A stretch of 64,000 nucleotides of DNA from Promethearchaeota archaeon (GCA_019057865.1 JAHLWP010000011.1:32674-96673), one strand, 5' to 3'; counted from the stretch's first letter, positions 48,719-58,874 are shown. Notes: a model not told the origin generated them from the sequence alone. Numbers and translations: made by a program.

Positions 48719-50710
48719 ATGGATGAAAGCCCTTATATCAAGTACAAAAATATTCATGTGATACCTACTTTTCATTCGCGAATTGAATTCGCTAAGTTAG
48801 CACGTACTGCCTTATTTAAAGTATTTCCTGATGTTATTGCTGTAGAATTGCCTAATAATATACGAGATGAGATAATAGAAGCTATTGAGAGGTTACCGTT
48901 TTTATCATTGATTGGATATGCGGATACATTGAATCCAAAAAAATTGAATTTTATTCCAATAGATCCTGGCGATTCTATTATAGAAGGAATACGTTTAGGA
49001 CTTGAACATAATATCCCAGTTGATTTTATTGATCTTTCTGTTAAGGATTATGATCCTCCAAATATTATGCTTCCAGATGATTATTCTATAAATCGAGTTG
49101 GTTTAATTGAATTTTATAAAAAAATTTCGGAATATTTTGAGAAAGATTTCAAAAAAAGGAAAAAAAAAATACGAAATGAAGTAAATTTAGAAGATTTTCT
49201 TAAAAATCAGGGTGATCCCGAAAAAATTTTTGATTTTCTTGAAAAGGATATCCTAAGAGAAAAATATATAGCTGCTCATCTTTTAAAGATGATGCCCCTA
49301 TATCATAGGATCTTATTTATAGTAGGAATGGCTCATTGGGAAAATGTTAAATATTATTTAGAAAATCCACAAAATATTAAAGATGTTGAGCTAAACCTTA
49401 TACCTCATAAATATATAAAATTATATAATATAAAGAGTTCAGATTCGAGATTTTTGCTTAGAGAAATCCCTTATCATACTTATCAATGGCTGAAATTCAG
49501 AAAAAAATATTCTAAGGATGTGTTAAATACAATAGAAACACCTAATGAATTATACAAGGTATTAGATTCATATAATAAACTGGATCACATAAAAAATATA
49601 TTCCTAAAAGCTAAATATGCTTATGAAGAAGAATTCAAAGAATTTGTAGACCTCCATAAATTGAAAACGCTTTTCCAATATTCAAGAAATCTCTCTCTTA
49701 CAGAATATAGGCTGTTACCAAATTTATATCAGTTATTAATATCTTCAAAAAATATTGTTGATGACGATTATGCATGGAAAGTAATGGAAAAAGCCACAAA
49801 ATATCCTTATGATGATGAGAGCGATAAGTATGAAACTCTTAAGCTCCGTGTTGAAGGGGGATATGACCCTAATGGAAAATATATAAAATTAAGACGACAT
49901 TATCCCTATAATTATGAAAAAGAAAGAGAGGTTCCTCTTAAGAAAAAGCCACAAGAAAAATATCCTGGAGAATGGAAAGATAAATGGGAAGAGGGTAAAT
50001 GGGAAACAGTATCATGGCCTCCAGAAGATATCATCGAGGAAGATTATTTTGCTTTCATTCGAAAAAAAGCAATTAAGAATTTAAAAAATCAAAGAATCAA
50101 AATTGAAGAATTCAAGTCAAGTTTAATGGACGGAATTGCGATAAAAGAAACGATAAGAAATTGGGCATTTAAGAAAAAAATCTATGTGCAAAACATACAA
50201 CAAATTCAAGGTAAAATTGATACAATCGTAGTGATATTTGATAAAGATAATGGAGAAACAGAAAAATATCCTTATAAGTTAACCTGGTGGGCAGAACATG
50301 ATAGAGAAAGCGACATGGCATTTTATGCTACAAACCCAGGTGAATATATTATTGGTCCAGGTATAACTCATGTTGAAATTGGAGGGTTATTATCTATTTT
50401 TCCTGCTAGATTTTTAAGATCAATTTTTAGCCCATACATGGATTTTGAGTTTAGAGATGTAAAAAATAAGGCAGAAAAGCTCTTAAAGGCAGCTATCCTT
50501 TATTCGAAGGAACGATACATAGCTTATATAGCATCGGAACCACCTCGAAATTACTTTTATTCACTTGCAGGCGTTAAAAATCGTGAGTTGGTTTATATCC
50601 CTCTCGATAATTTCAGTAAAGAGTCCCTTAAAACTATAAAACATCTTCATATCCTCGCTGGAAGGGATAAAAGAGAAATAGCACACAATTACATTTTATT
50701 GAACAAATGA
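48719..50710 (+). CDS. Conserved hypothetical protein with TraB/GumN-like N-terminal domain, probable MoxR-associated
   Basis: PDVIAVELP, RE..IA..L, VGMAHW, later SWPPED. Confidence 0.65.
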   Translation: MDESPYIKYKNIHVIPTFHSRIEFAKLARTALFKVFPDVIAVELPNNIRDEIIEAIERLPFLSLIGYADTLNPKKLNFIPIDPGDSIIEGIRLGLEHNIPVDFIDLSVKDYDPPNIMLPDDYSINRVGLIEFYKKISEYFEKDFKKRKKKIRNEVNLEDFLKNQGDPEKIFDFLEKDILREKYIAAHLLKMMPLYHRILFIVGMAHWENVKYYLENPQNIKDVELNLIPHKYIKLYNIKSSDSRFLLREIPYHTYQWLKFRKKYSKDVLNTIETPNELYKVLDSYNKLDHIKNIFLKAKYAYEEEFKEFVDLHKLKTLFQYSRNLSLTEYRLLPNLYQLLISSKNIVDDDYAWKVMEKATKYPYDDESDKYETLKLRVEGGYDPNGKYIKLRRHYPYNYEKEREVPLKKKPQEKYPGEWKDKWEEGKWETVSWPPEDIIEEDYFAFIRKKAIKNLKNQRIKIEEFKSSLMDGIAIKETIRNWAFKKKIYVQNIQQIQGKIDTIVVIFDKDNGETEKYPYKLTWWAEHDRESDMAFYATNPGEYIIGPGITHVEIGGLLSIFPARFLRSIFSPYMDFEFRDVKNKAEKLLKAAILYSKERYIAYIASEPPRNYFYSLAGVKNRELVYIPLDNFSKESLKTIKHLHILAGRDKREIAHNYILLNK

Positions 50711-50975
50711 AAAAAGAAATTAAATAAAAATAAGTATTTTATAGATATAAAAAAAATTTATGGTTGAAAAAGATCAAGATCATGGGGCATATTTTGCTAA
50801 ATCATGAAACTTCCATTAGATGTTTATCTTTTATTTCTTGATGAAGGCGCCAAATTCAATTTTGGATTTGCAAGTATAAGGATATTAAAACGATTAGTGA
50901 ATCCAAAATGAACGATAAATTTAAATACTTTGTATTGATTGAGAACTATGGCATCTTAATATCAAAATTTTAGAA

Positions 50976-51816
50976 GTGAGGCAAATAATAACCATTCTTA
51001 AAAATCCCAATCAATCTGAAATTGAACATGCAATTGAGTTCAATGCATATGAAGCCATGAAGGCTATGTGTACTATCGATCTCGAAGATATCGAATATGA
51101 AGAGACTGATGAATTCATCAGATACTCGACGGGGATCCCATTTTTTTTAGTTAATGGGGTGGTAGATAGTCACATTCCCTCAGAAGTTGCCATTAAAAAG
51201 ATAAAGGAAAACATCACTTTTTTTGAAAAGAGACAAGTTCCCTTTCTTTGGATGATTGGCCCATCAAGTAGTCCTAAAAATATGGGAGAGTTATTAATCA
51301 AAAGTGGGTTCGTCCTTGACAAACAGCCAGGGATGGCTTACAACCTAAAAATTTTGGGTGCAGAAAGGGAACTTTTAAACAAGGTAGAGATAATAAAGGT
51401 TGAAAATGTTGAAACTTTAAAAGTATGGAATGACATTGTTTTAACTGGTTTTGCATTTCCAAAAGAACTTCTATCTGATTTTTTTTTACAATGCTTTCTC
51501 ATTTATGGTTTTGAACGATACGCCCTCTGCAAGTGCATTCTTAGCATATTATGATGGAAATCCTGTTGCCTCTTCATTAGTATTTTATGAAGCAGGTGTT
51601 GCAGGTATTTATAGTGTTACTACATTAGAAGAAGCACGTGGTAAAGGGATTGGTACTGCGATAACTCTTGCTCCACTAAACGAGGCTAAGAAATTAGGAT
51701 ATGAGATTGCAATTCTTCAATCATCTGATATGGCTTTAAATATGTATAAACACATGGGTTTTAAGGAATACTGCAAAATTGAATGGTTTGTATGGCAACC
51801 CGGTTCAAAAGAATAA
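50976..51816 (+). pseudogene. GNAT acetyltransferase split by a single-base frameshift
   Basis: Removing one T from the T9 run at 51479-51487 fuses the two ORFs. The C-terminal half has the acetyl-CoA motif VTTLEEARGKGIG. Confidence 0.85.
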
Positions 51817-52168
51817 GTTAGATAAAAAATATTTGCCAATTAATAGAAAACGCATGGAGTCGTTATCCTGACCAAAGATTGGGCCAATTTCTAATCAATC
51901 TTGTTTTTGGAAGTTAAAACTGTAAATTAAAATGAAATAAAATAAAATATTAAATTATAAAATATACTTTAGAAACAGATTTTAATACATAAAATTACTT
52001 ATTCTAATTCAGAAACTAGTGAATTTTTAAATTTATTAATACATCTTTAGATGTATTTCAGGAAAAAAAGACAATATATCAAAGTTTCTAAGAGAATTAT
52101 ACTAGATTTTCATAAAAAATTGAAATATAATAGAAAAAACTGAAAATAGAGAAATAAAATAAAATTAA

Positions 52169-53908
52169 TTATTCTTTAACGGTTTCTAAAAGCTCCTCTA
52201 TTTCGGCTTGAATTACTTCGGGATTCTTTGCCTGTTCACCTTGAATCGCAAGTGCCTTCTCTATACGCTCTCGATGGATGGTGTTCATGGCACAAAATGG
52301 AATCTCTAAGACCTTGCTATTATCCGATGGATCTATCACGCCGTAATGGACTAAGCATCTTTTCATTCGCTCCAAATCGAAATTGTAAGCGTCTTGGAAG
52401 TGCATGGCTGAGATCATAAGATTACGGCTGTGCAAAAAGTTTGCCGCTGAATTGTAGTTAGGAGACGCAACTAGGCGGACGAATCCTTGAAGAGTTTTAC
52501 TTGTTAGAATTTTTTCAGGGTTTTTTATAAATTTTAATGCCCCACCAAAGTAATATGCTTTCATCATTTGCCTGTACCCTAGATTTGTTATTTCATCAAC
52601 GAATTTACCTATGGTACTTGCAATTGCTCCGAAATCCTCTAAGTTAATACCCTTCAAGAAACCTGTGGGTTTAGGAATTTCTTTACCTTGAACCATGTCA
52701 TAGACTTTATTAGACCATTTAATTAATCCTTCTGTATCGAAATATTTTTCGATTTGGTCCCATTCACCTTTCTCATTTACAATGCATATAGTACAAAAAC
52801 CACAATCATGATGGCTCGTCATACCAAAGTCAGGCTGGTTATCAAACCACGCTAATAGTCTCGTCATTTTAGCTGTGGTTGCGATTGGGTAGAATTTGCC
52901 TAATGCGTTATTTGTACATTCATTTATGGCATCTTTTAAATCAGAGGTAGTATATCGTATATCCATCAATTCTTCAAAACTAATACGACCACATAGAGCA
53001 ACTGGTTGAAATATTACTCCTGATATAACATCAGTATTGTCTTTAGCATAATTCATAATATTACCAATCTGGTGGTCGTTAACACCTTTGGCAATTACAG
53101 GAACTAGCATAACACCAAAAAATCCAATTTTTCGACAATTTTCAATAACTCTTTTCTTCAATGGCCATAAATTAACACCTCTGATTTTTATCCAAGCCTC
53201 TGGATCATCGGTTGCATCAAATTGGAGATAAATGGCATTCATTCCAGCATCCTTACATTTTTGAAGAAAATCAATAGATTTTGCGAATCTTATACCATTT
53301 GTAGTGACCATTATTTCAGTAAATCCTAATTCTTTCCCTTTACGAATGATGTCAGGTAGATCATCTCTTATTGTTGGTTCTCCACCAGATATTTGGAACA
53401 TGACAGGAGGGACAGGTTTCATGGATCTAAAGTGTTCCATGATCTGAACTACTTGATCATACGTAGGTTGCACTATATATCCTTTAGCACTTGCATTTGC
53501 GAAACAAATAGGGCAAGTTAAATTACAGCGATTAGTTATATCTATAAGACAGATATTTGGAGCACTTAGGTGATTATCACATAGTCCACAATCATAAGGG
53601 CAACCCTTTTTTATTTCTTTAATCCCTGAGGATATATATTCTGGCTTAGTAGAGTTATTTACAGTAGAACCAATATCATCTGTAAATGACATTTGCCATT
53701 TATAATCTTCTGGGTGAATTGAGAGCTTATCTTTGAAATCTCCATGATCTTCGCATGTTTTTCGCATCATCACCCAATTAGTTTCTGAATCAACATAAAT
53801 CTCGGCTGGAATTGGTTGTAAACATTCTGGACATAAGCTAGTAGTTGTTCGAATAATTTCTTCTTCTCTTTGAACTTCTTGAGTTAATCCTTCAGTCATA
53901 AGAATCAA
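52169..53908 (-). CDS. tes: Tetraether lipid synthase (GDGT-MAS), radical SAM
   Basis: TSLCPEC...KTCEDHG, CPYDCGLCDNH, CNLTCPICFA, MHFQDAYNFDLER..RC, IPFCAMN. Confidence 0.9.
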   Translation of the reverse strand: MILMTEGLTQEVQREEEIIRTTTSLCPECLQPIPAEIYVDSETNWVMMRKTCEDHGDFKDKLSIHPEDYKWQMSFTDDIGSTVNNSTKPEYISSGIKEIKKGCPYDCGLCDNHLSAPNICLIDITNRCNLTCPICFANASAKGYIVQPTYDQVVQIMEHFRSMKPVPPVMFQISGGEPTIRDDLPDIIRKGKELGFTEIMVTTNGIRFAKSIDFLQKCKDAGMNAIYLQFDATDDPEAWIKIRGVNLWPLKKRVIENCRKIGFFGVMLVPVIAKGVNDHQIGNIMNYAKDNTDVISGVIFQPVALCGRISFEELMDIRYTTSDLKDAINECTNNALGKFYPIATTAKMTRLLAWFDNQPDFGMTSHHDCGFCTICIVNEKGEWDQIEKYFDTEGLIKWSNKVYDMVQGKEIPKPTGFLKGINLEDFGAIASTIGKFVDEITNLGYRQMMKAYYFGGALKFIKNPEKILTSKTLQGFVRLVASPNYNSAANFLHSRNLMISAMHFQDAYNFDLERMKRCLVHYGVIDPSDNSKVLEIPFCAMNTIHRERIEKALAIQGEQAKNPEVIQAEIEELLETVKE

Positions 53909-54092
53909 AACACTTGATTTAATTTAGTTAAATGATTAATTGTTTTAATAAATAACCCTTCAAGCTATTTAAGTATTTTAATAATCTCGATATTATTATC
54001 AATATTATTAAAAAATAGCTGAAATTTTATTAAAATGTTATTTAGATGTTTTAATTTTCACCTTTTTTAAATATTATCCTTTAGATTTAAAA

Positions 54093-54216
54093 GGTGACTC
54101 CTGCCAACAAGACCTAATACAAGGTCGAAAATAAAATAGGGGGAGGAGGGCGAAATCAGAGTGTAAAGATTTACACTACCAAAAGACAAAAATCCAGGGT
54201 GTAGGCAGGAGTCATG
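54093..54216. ncRNA. Candidate structured non-coding RNA (~120 nt), family unknown
   Basis: Locally GC-rich island. Perfect 11-bp closing stem TGACTCCTGCC (54095-54105)/GGCAGGAGTCA (54204-54214). Internal hairpins GACCT/AGGTC (54111-54126) and AGTGTAAA/TTTACACT (54160-54177). Confidence 0.65.
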
Positions 54217-54485
54217 GATTTTTAATGAATTTTCTATCCTATTTTATTTTTAATATGATATTAGGAATTTAATTTTTATCTTATACTTACTATATGTTTT
54301 AGAGTTTATAAATTAAATCTATAGTCAATTAATAAGATCTACTTATTTAAATCATTAATTTTAAATTTTCTTAAAATTAAAAAGTAATAATAGATGTTTT
54401 AAATCAAGTAAAAAATTAGAGAAACTAAACTTTTGGAAGTTCTCGTTTTTATAGTAATTTCATTTTGAATTAGTGGAATAAAACT

Positions 54486-54884
54486 TTGTTGATTATTATG
54501 GAAAACATGAAAAAGAAGCAAAAAGTTGGAAGACCTGAGCCAGAGTTCAAATTTGATATAGGGACTGTAGTATGTATCATTATAGGATTTGTCATATCCT
54601 GGATAAATATGTTAGTTATTTATGATTCAATGGAAATCTGGTCATATTTATCAATAATATTCACATCAATAATACCGGGAGTATTAATTGCAATAAAGAA
54701 TAGATATTGGGGTTATGGATATATATTTGGGTTCTCAGCAGCAGGCATACCCTTTTTGATTTTAATTGATCCTTTTATTGGAGGTTATACTTTTGTAACA
54801 GCGCTATTAATTTTTATAATATTATGGCTAATTTTTTGGAAAGCATGGCGCTCACTTTCTTCAATTAAGAAGACAAATTTGTAA
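54486..54884 (+). CDS. Four-TM membrane protein
   Basis: Hydrophobic segments; the start is likely the ATG at 54498 or 54507. Confidence 0.75.
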   Translation: MLIIMENMKKKQKVGRPEPEFKFDIGTVVCIIIGFVISWINMLVIYDSMEIWSYLSIIFTSIIPGVLIAIKNRYWGYGYIFGFSAAGIPFLILIDPFIGGYTFVTALLIFIILWLIFWKAWRSLSSIKKTNL

Positions 54885-54902
54885 AAAAAGAAAATTTAAA
54901 AA

Positions 54903-55124
54903 TTAAATCAAAATTATCTGTTTACATTTTACACAATATTTCCCTTCATTTCTTGCTTCTTTAGCACATTTTAAACAATATTTTGTTTTACATTTAGGAC
55001 AAGAATAGATCTCTCCTTTTATATGACCTTTATGGAAGAGGCAGAAATTATCCATATTTTTAATTTGAATACTGGGGGGTAATACTGGGGGTGGTGGTAT
55101 TTTTTTATCACTCATAATATCCAC
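54903..55124 (-). CDS. Small RING-like zinc-finger protein with Pro-rich N-terminus
   Basis: PPPPVLPP, then CLFH...CPKC....CLKC...CVKC (8 potential Zn ligands). Confidence 0.7.
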   Translation of the reverse strand: MDIMSDKKIPPPPVLPPSIQIKNMDNFCLFHKGHIKGEIYSCPKCKTKYCLKCAKEARNEGKYCVKCKQIILI

Positions 55125-55246
55125 AATACTATATTTTTGTTTTAAATATGCTTCCTTTTAACAAATCCAATAACATTATAATGGTCATGTGTTAAACATT
55201 AACCACATTTTCTCATTAAACAATCTGATTTAGTGTAAAATAGTCT

Positions 55247-55714
55247 CTACAAAAATGGTATATCTTCTATTAAAACATTTATTACTTTTGCTACAGACAT
55301 GAATTTATTTTTAAGTGTTTCAACATTTAATTGTCCTGAATCTATTGTATCTCCAGTTAAATAAGTCTCATAAAAACATTTTTCCATCTCGTAGCATAAA
55401 CCGGTTGTGTGTAATATGTCTTTACTTAAATTAAGTTCATTTAACACATTGGAGATCCCTTTCACGAGATCTGGTGAGAATTCTTTCAATTTAATAAGAA
55501 TTTTTTTAATATTATTCTTTTTTGTAGGAAAACAGCTAATTTTAACAACATCTTCTCGTGAAATAAAAATTAGCAAATAATAGGGCAAACTTAAAATCTC
55601 TTCTTTAATTTCTGAAGGAAAAATACGGTTATTATTTAATTCTTCATTAGTAATAATCATACCTACAGAGATTTTGTTTTTCTCCTCGAATTGTTCTGCT
55701 ACCATAATAATCAA
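55247..55714 (-). CDS. Hypothetical protein, possible C-terminal ACT-like domain
   Basis: Beta-alpha-beta-beta-alpha-beta pattern, ILHTTGLC. Confidence 0.55.
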   Translation of the reverse strand: MIIMVAEQFEEKNKISVGMIITNEELNNNRIFPSEIKEEILSLPYYLLIFISREDVVKISCFPTKKNNIKKILIKLKEFSPDLVKGISNVLNELNLSKDILHTTGLCYEMEKCFYETYLTGDTIDSGQLNVETLKNKFMSVAKVINVLIEDIPFL

Positions 55715-55963
55715 AAATTTTGGAGTAATTAAAAGTAATTATTTAGTAAAAATATATATATGTTTCTATTTATAAACCTTTAGTTATAAACATTTAGTTA
55801 AAGACTAAGTTATAATCCAATTCTACCAAATATTAAACCTATATGAAAAGAAGATAATTTAGATATTACATTGATAACATTTGTATTTTATATTTAAGTC
55901 AATTTTTCAATATTTAACATCAAATTCTAAATAACAATTTACATCAAGTTTGAAGGAGGAATT

Positions 55964-56461
55964 ATGTATATAAGAGATAATGCACATCATAATGAAAAGC
56001 AATTTGGATTTGCATTAGAAAAGATAAGTAATAACAATTATGGGTTTCATGCTATTTACTTTGTTGATAGTTTTAGTGGCTCTCTTCTTTTAAGTAAAAG
56101 ATATACTGCTAAATCAAGTCTATTAAGTGATGATCTAATTAGTAATTTTTTAATTGCTCTCAATTTATTTATCAAAGAAATCAATGAAGATAATAATGAA
56201 GAAATTCAAGATATCAATTTTAGAGAGACGAGAATATTATACGAAAGAAGAGGGAGATTGATTGTTATTGCTATTACTAAAAAAACAAATCTTCAAATAG
56301 AAAGAGGTATTTTACGAGAAATTGTTGAAGATTTTTATATGAAATATAAGAATTATATAAATACCTTTAAAGGAATAATATCTCCAGCGCTTCTAAAATA
56401 CAAAGAAAAATTAGAAAGTATGAACTTGAACTCTTTATTTAAGTTAAAAATTAATTTTTAA
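55964..56461 (+). CDS. Longin-like domain protein
   Basis: IYFVDSFSGSLLLSKRY...DLISNFLIALNLFIKE...ILYER...IVIAIT pattern; GGAGG SD. Confidence 0.65.
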   Translation: MYIRDNAHHNEKQFGFALEKISNNNYGFHAIYFVDSFSGSLLLSKRYTAKSSLLSDDLISNFLIALNLFIKEINEDNNEEIQDINFRETRILYERRGRLIVIAITKKTNLQIERGILREIVEDFYMKYKNYINTFKGIISPALLKYKEKLESMNLNSLFKLKINF

Positions 56462-56546
56462 TTTAATCTTATGGTTTCAATTAGATATTAAATTTTCTCT
56501 CTCAATTTATTATATTTAACTAAGCTAATTATTCGATTTAATTGTT

Positions 56547-57938
56547 CTATTCCTCTTCTTCTTCTTGACTTTTTTTAATTTTTCCTACCTTATCTTCAAA
56601 TTTTTCAACAATATCTCTAGCTTCTGTTTTTATTTCAATCTTGCGAGTGTCTAGTTCGCGTTGTTTTTCTATGCGTTTAGCATGCTTTTCCACAGTATCA
56701 AAGATTTTTTTTCTTGTGACTTCTATATCAGGTTTTAACTCTTTCATCTTTGCATCACTTTCCTTCTGACGGTCTATCATAAAGGCTTTTTCACCAACAG
56801 ATTTTTCTATCTTCTCGGCCGTCCCCTCTATATCAGGGTGTATTTCTTTTAATTGAGCAGCACTATCTTTTTGACGACTGATTATAAAGCTTTTTTCTTC
56901 AATTGATTTTTCTATCTTCTCGGCAACTCCCACTATATCTGGACGTATTTCTCTTAGTTGAGCAACACTATCTTTTTGTCGGTTAATCATAAAAGCCTTA
57001 TCCTTAATTGATTTCTCAATTTTTTCTGTCACACCTTCTATATCAGGTCTTAACTCTTTTCTTTGTGCAATACTCTCCTTCTGGCGATCAATTATAAAAA
57101 CTTTTTCTCCAATAGTTTTCTCAATTTTTTCTGCTACACTTTCTATATCAGGTTTTAGCTCTTTTCTTTTTGCAAGACTTTCTTTCTGGAGATCTATCAT
57201 AAAAGCTTTTTCTCCAATAATTTTCTCAATTCTTTCTGCTGTACCTTTTATATCAGGTTTTAACTCTTTCATCTTTGCAGCACTTTCCTTCTGGCGATCT
57301 ATCATAAAAGCCTTATCCTTAATTATTTTCTCAATTCTTTCTGCTGTACCTTCTATATCAGGTTTTAACTCTTTCATCTTTGCAGCACTTTCTTTCTGAC
57401 GATCTATTATAAAAGCCTTTTCTCCAATCGATTTCTCTATCTTTTCACCAGTTCCTTTAATATCGGGATGTAATTCCTTTAATTGAGTCGCACTTTCCTT
57501 TTGTCGATCTATTATAAAAGCCTTTTCTCCAATCGATTTCTCGATTTTTTCACCTGTTCCTTTAATATCTAGGTGTAATTCCTTTAATTGCGTAGTACTT
57601 TCCTTCTGTCGTTCAATAATAAAAGCTTTTTCACCAACGGATTTTTCAATTTTTTTAGCTACTCCTTCAATATCTGTTTTTATTTCTAATCGTTCAACAT
57701 CTTTTTCTCTCTTCTTTTCAATTATAAAAGCTTTTTCCTCAATCAAATCCATAATAAGTTCTTTACTTTCTTCGAAGGATTTTTTTCTTTTTTCCTCTGT
57801 ATCTTTTAAATAGGCATCTCTCTCTTCCTTTTCTTTCTTATAGAGTTTATCAAAAATTTTCTTTTGTCTTTCTATTTCTTCACTAGTTAAGGGTTTTTCA
57901 TCATCTCCCATTATTCTCACTTTCGCAGAAATAATCAC
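56547..57938 (-). CDS. Charged helical protein with ten tandem 35-aa repeats
   Basis: Consensus KAFIIDRQKESxAxxKELxPDIEGTAEKIEKSIGE. The start is probably the ATG at 57911. Confidence 0.88.
   Translation of the reverse strand: MIISAKVRIMGDDEKPLTSEEIERQKKIFDKLYKKEKEERDAYLKDTEEKRKKSFEESKELIMDLIEEKAFIIEKKREKDVERLEIKTDIEGVAKKIEKSVGEKAFIIERQKESTTQLKELHLDIKGTGEKIEKSIGEKAFIIDRQKESATQLKELHPDIKGTGEKIEKSIGEKAFIIDRQKESAAKMKELKPDIEGTAERIEKIIKDKAFMIDRQKESAAKMKELKPDIKGTAERIEKIIGEKAFMIDLQKESLAKRKELKPDIESVAEKIEKTIGEKVFIIDRQKESIAQRKELRPDIEGVTEKIEKSIKDKAFMINRQKDSVAQLREIRPDIVGVAEKIEKSIEEKSFIISRQKDSAAQLKEIHPDIEGTAEKIEKSVGEKAFMIDRQKESDAKMKELKPDIEVTRKKIFDTVEKHAKRIEKQRELDTRKIEIKTEARDIVEKFEDKVGKIKKSQEEEEE
56685..57734 (-). 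repeat. 105-bp coding tandem repeat x10 (plus one degenerate unit)
   Basis: Ungapped 35-codon periodicity. Confidence 0.92.
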
Positions 57939-58053
57939 GTTATTTTTAAATATAATATCAAAACAAGTATTTAATTATTTTTAAGTTTAAGTTAAGATTT
58001 TAGATTTTAGATTTAATACTATTATAAGAATTAGTACTAAATTCTTTGATATA

Positions 58054-58803
58054 TTACTTGATTGGGATTGGTTCCAATGAATCATCTGAAGTTAAAATTG
58101 TAAGGCTTATTAAGGCTAGCTTCATTGAAAGCATTTCCAAAATTTCCATTTGTAATCTTTTGTAAATTTCATTATTTTGATTTATATTATATTTAAAAAC
58201 TAAGCTATCAAATTCATGTTTTAAGTGTTCTTTTACTTCTTCTTGGTTATCTAAGTTAATATTCCGAGATCTTAGCCAATTATCGATTTGTTCTTTTATT
58301 TGAATTTCTGCTTCATTATCTAAAATATACTTAACTTCAGTTTCTTTGATTTTATCTAGATGATCGAGATATTCTCGATCTTGATACATTGGTTTAAGGA
58401 GTAATCCAAGATTAATGATTAAAGGTTGAACTTGAAGTTTTTCTAATGAATCTGATAAAAATCTTAAAATTTTTCTTTTATGGGTTAGTTGTGAATAGTC
58501 AATATATTCTTGTACAAAGTGCAAAATTGAATTTTTAATTAATAATTCTTCAAAATCCTTCATTGAATCTGTTGTAAATTCAATGGTATTATTAATACAA
58601 TTGTAAAGAGAATTCATAAATGGTCTAATCTCTTTAAACATTGAAAAGTAATTAATAAAACTTAAAATATCAGCTAAAAGTTCCAGTTTATTCTCATCTG
58701 GCTCTGATTTAAAATAAAGGTTAATAGTTTTCTCTAAATCAAAGTTTTCATCTGAAATTGATAAGAATTGTTTTATGTCAGAATAAACTGAACTTAAGTT
58801 CAC
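58054..58803 (-). CDS. Hypothetical alpha-helical protein
   Basis: Long ORF with no recognised motif. Confidence 0.7.
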   Translation of the reverse strand: MNLSSVYSDIKQFLSISDENFDLEKTINLYFKSEPDENKLELLADILSFINYFSMFKEIRPFMNSLYNCINNTIEFTTDSMKDFEELLIKNSILHFVQEYIDYSQLTHKRKILRFLSDSLEKLQVQPLIINLGLLLKPMYQDREYLDHLDKIKETEVKYILDNEAEIQIKEQIDNWLRSRNINLDNQEEVKEHLKHEFDSLVFKYNINQNNEIYKRLQMEILEMLSMKLALISLTILTSDDSLEPIPIK

Positions 58804-58874
58804 AATAATTTTATTTGTTATTATTCTTTAAAAAAATTTCTTTATTTTAATGTAGAGAAAAAAATTTACTTTTT

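Noticed and set aside
50804-50911. 35-aa ORF MKLPLDVYLLFLDEGAKFNFGFASIRILKRLVNPK
   Set aside because: No SD or recognisable motif. It may be a gene remnant but cannot be supported.
54093-54216. 5S rRNA or tRNA identity for the structured element
   Set aside because: The length fits 5S, but the conserved loop C (CCGAAC) and helix pattern are absent, and there is no cloverleaf or T-loop.
56685-57734. CRISPR array
   Set aside because: The units are contiguous 105-bp coding repeats with synonymous variation and no unique spacers.
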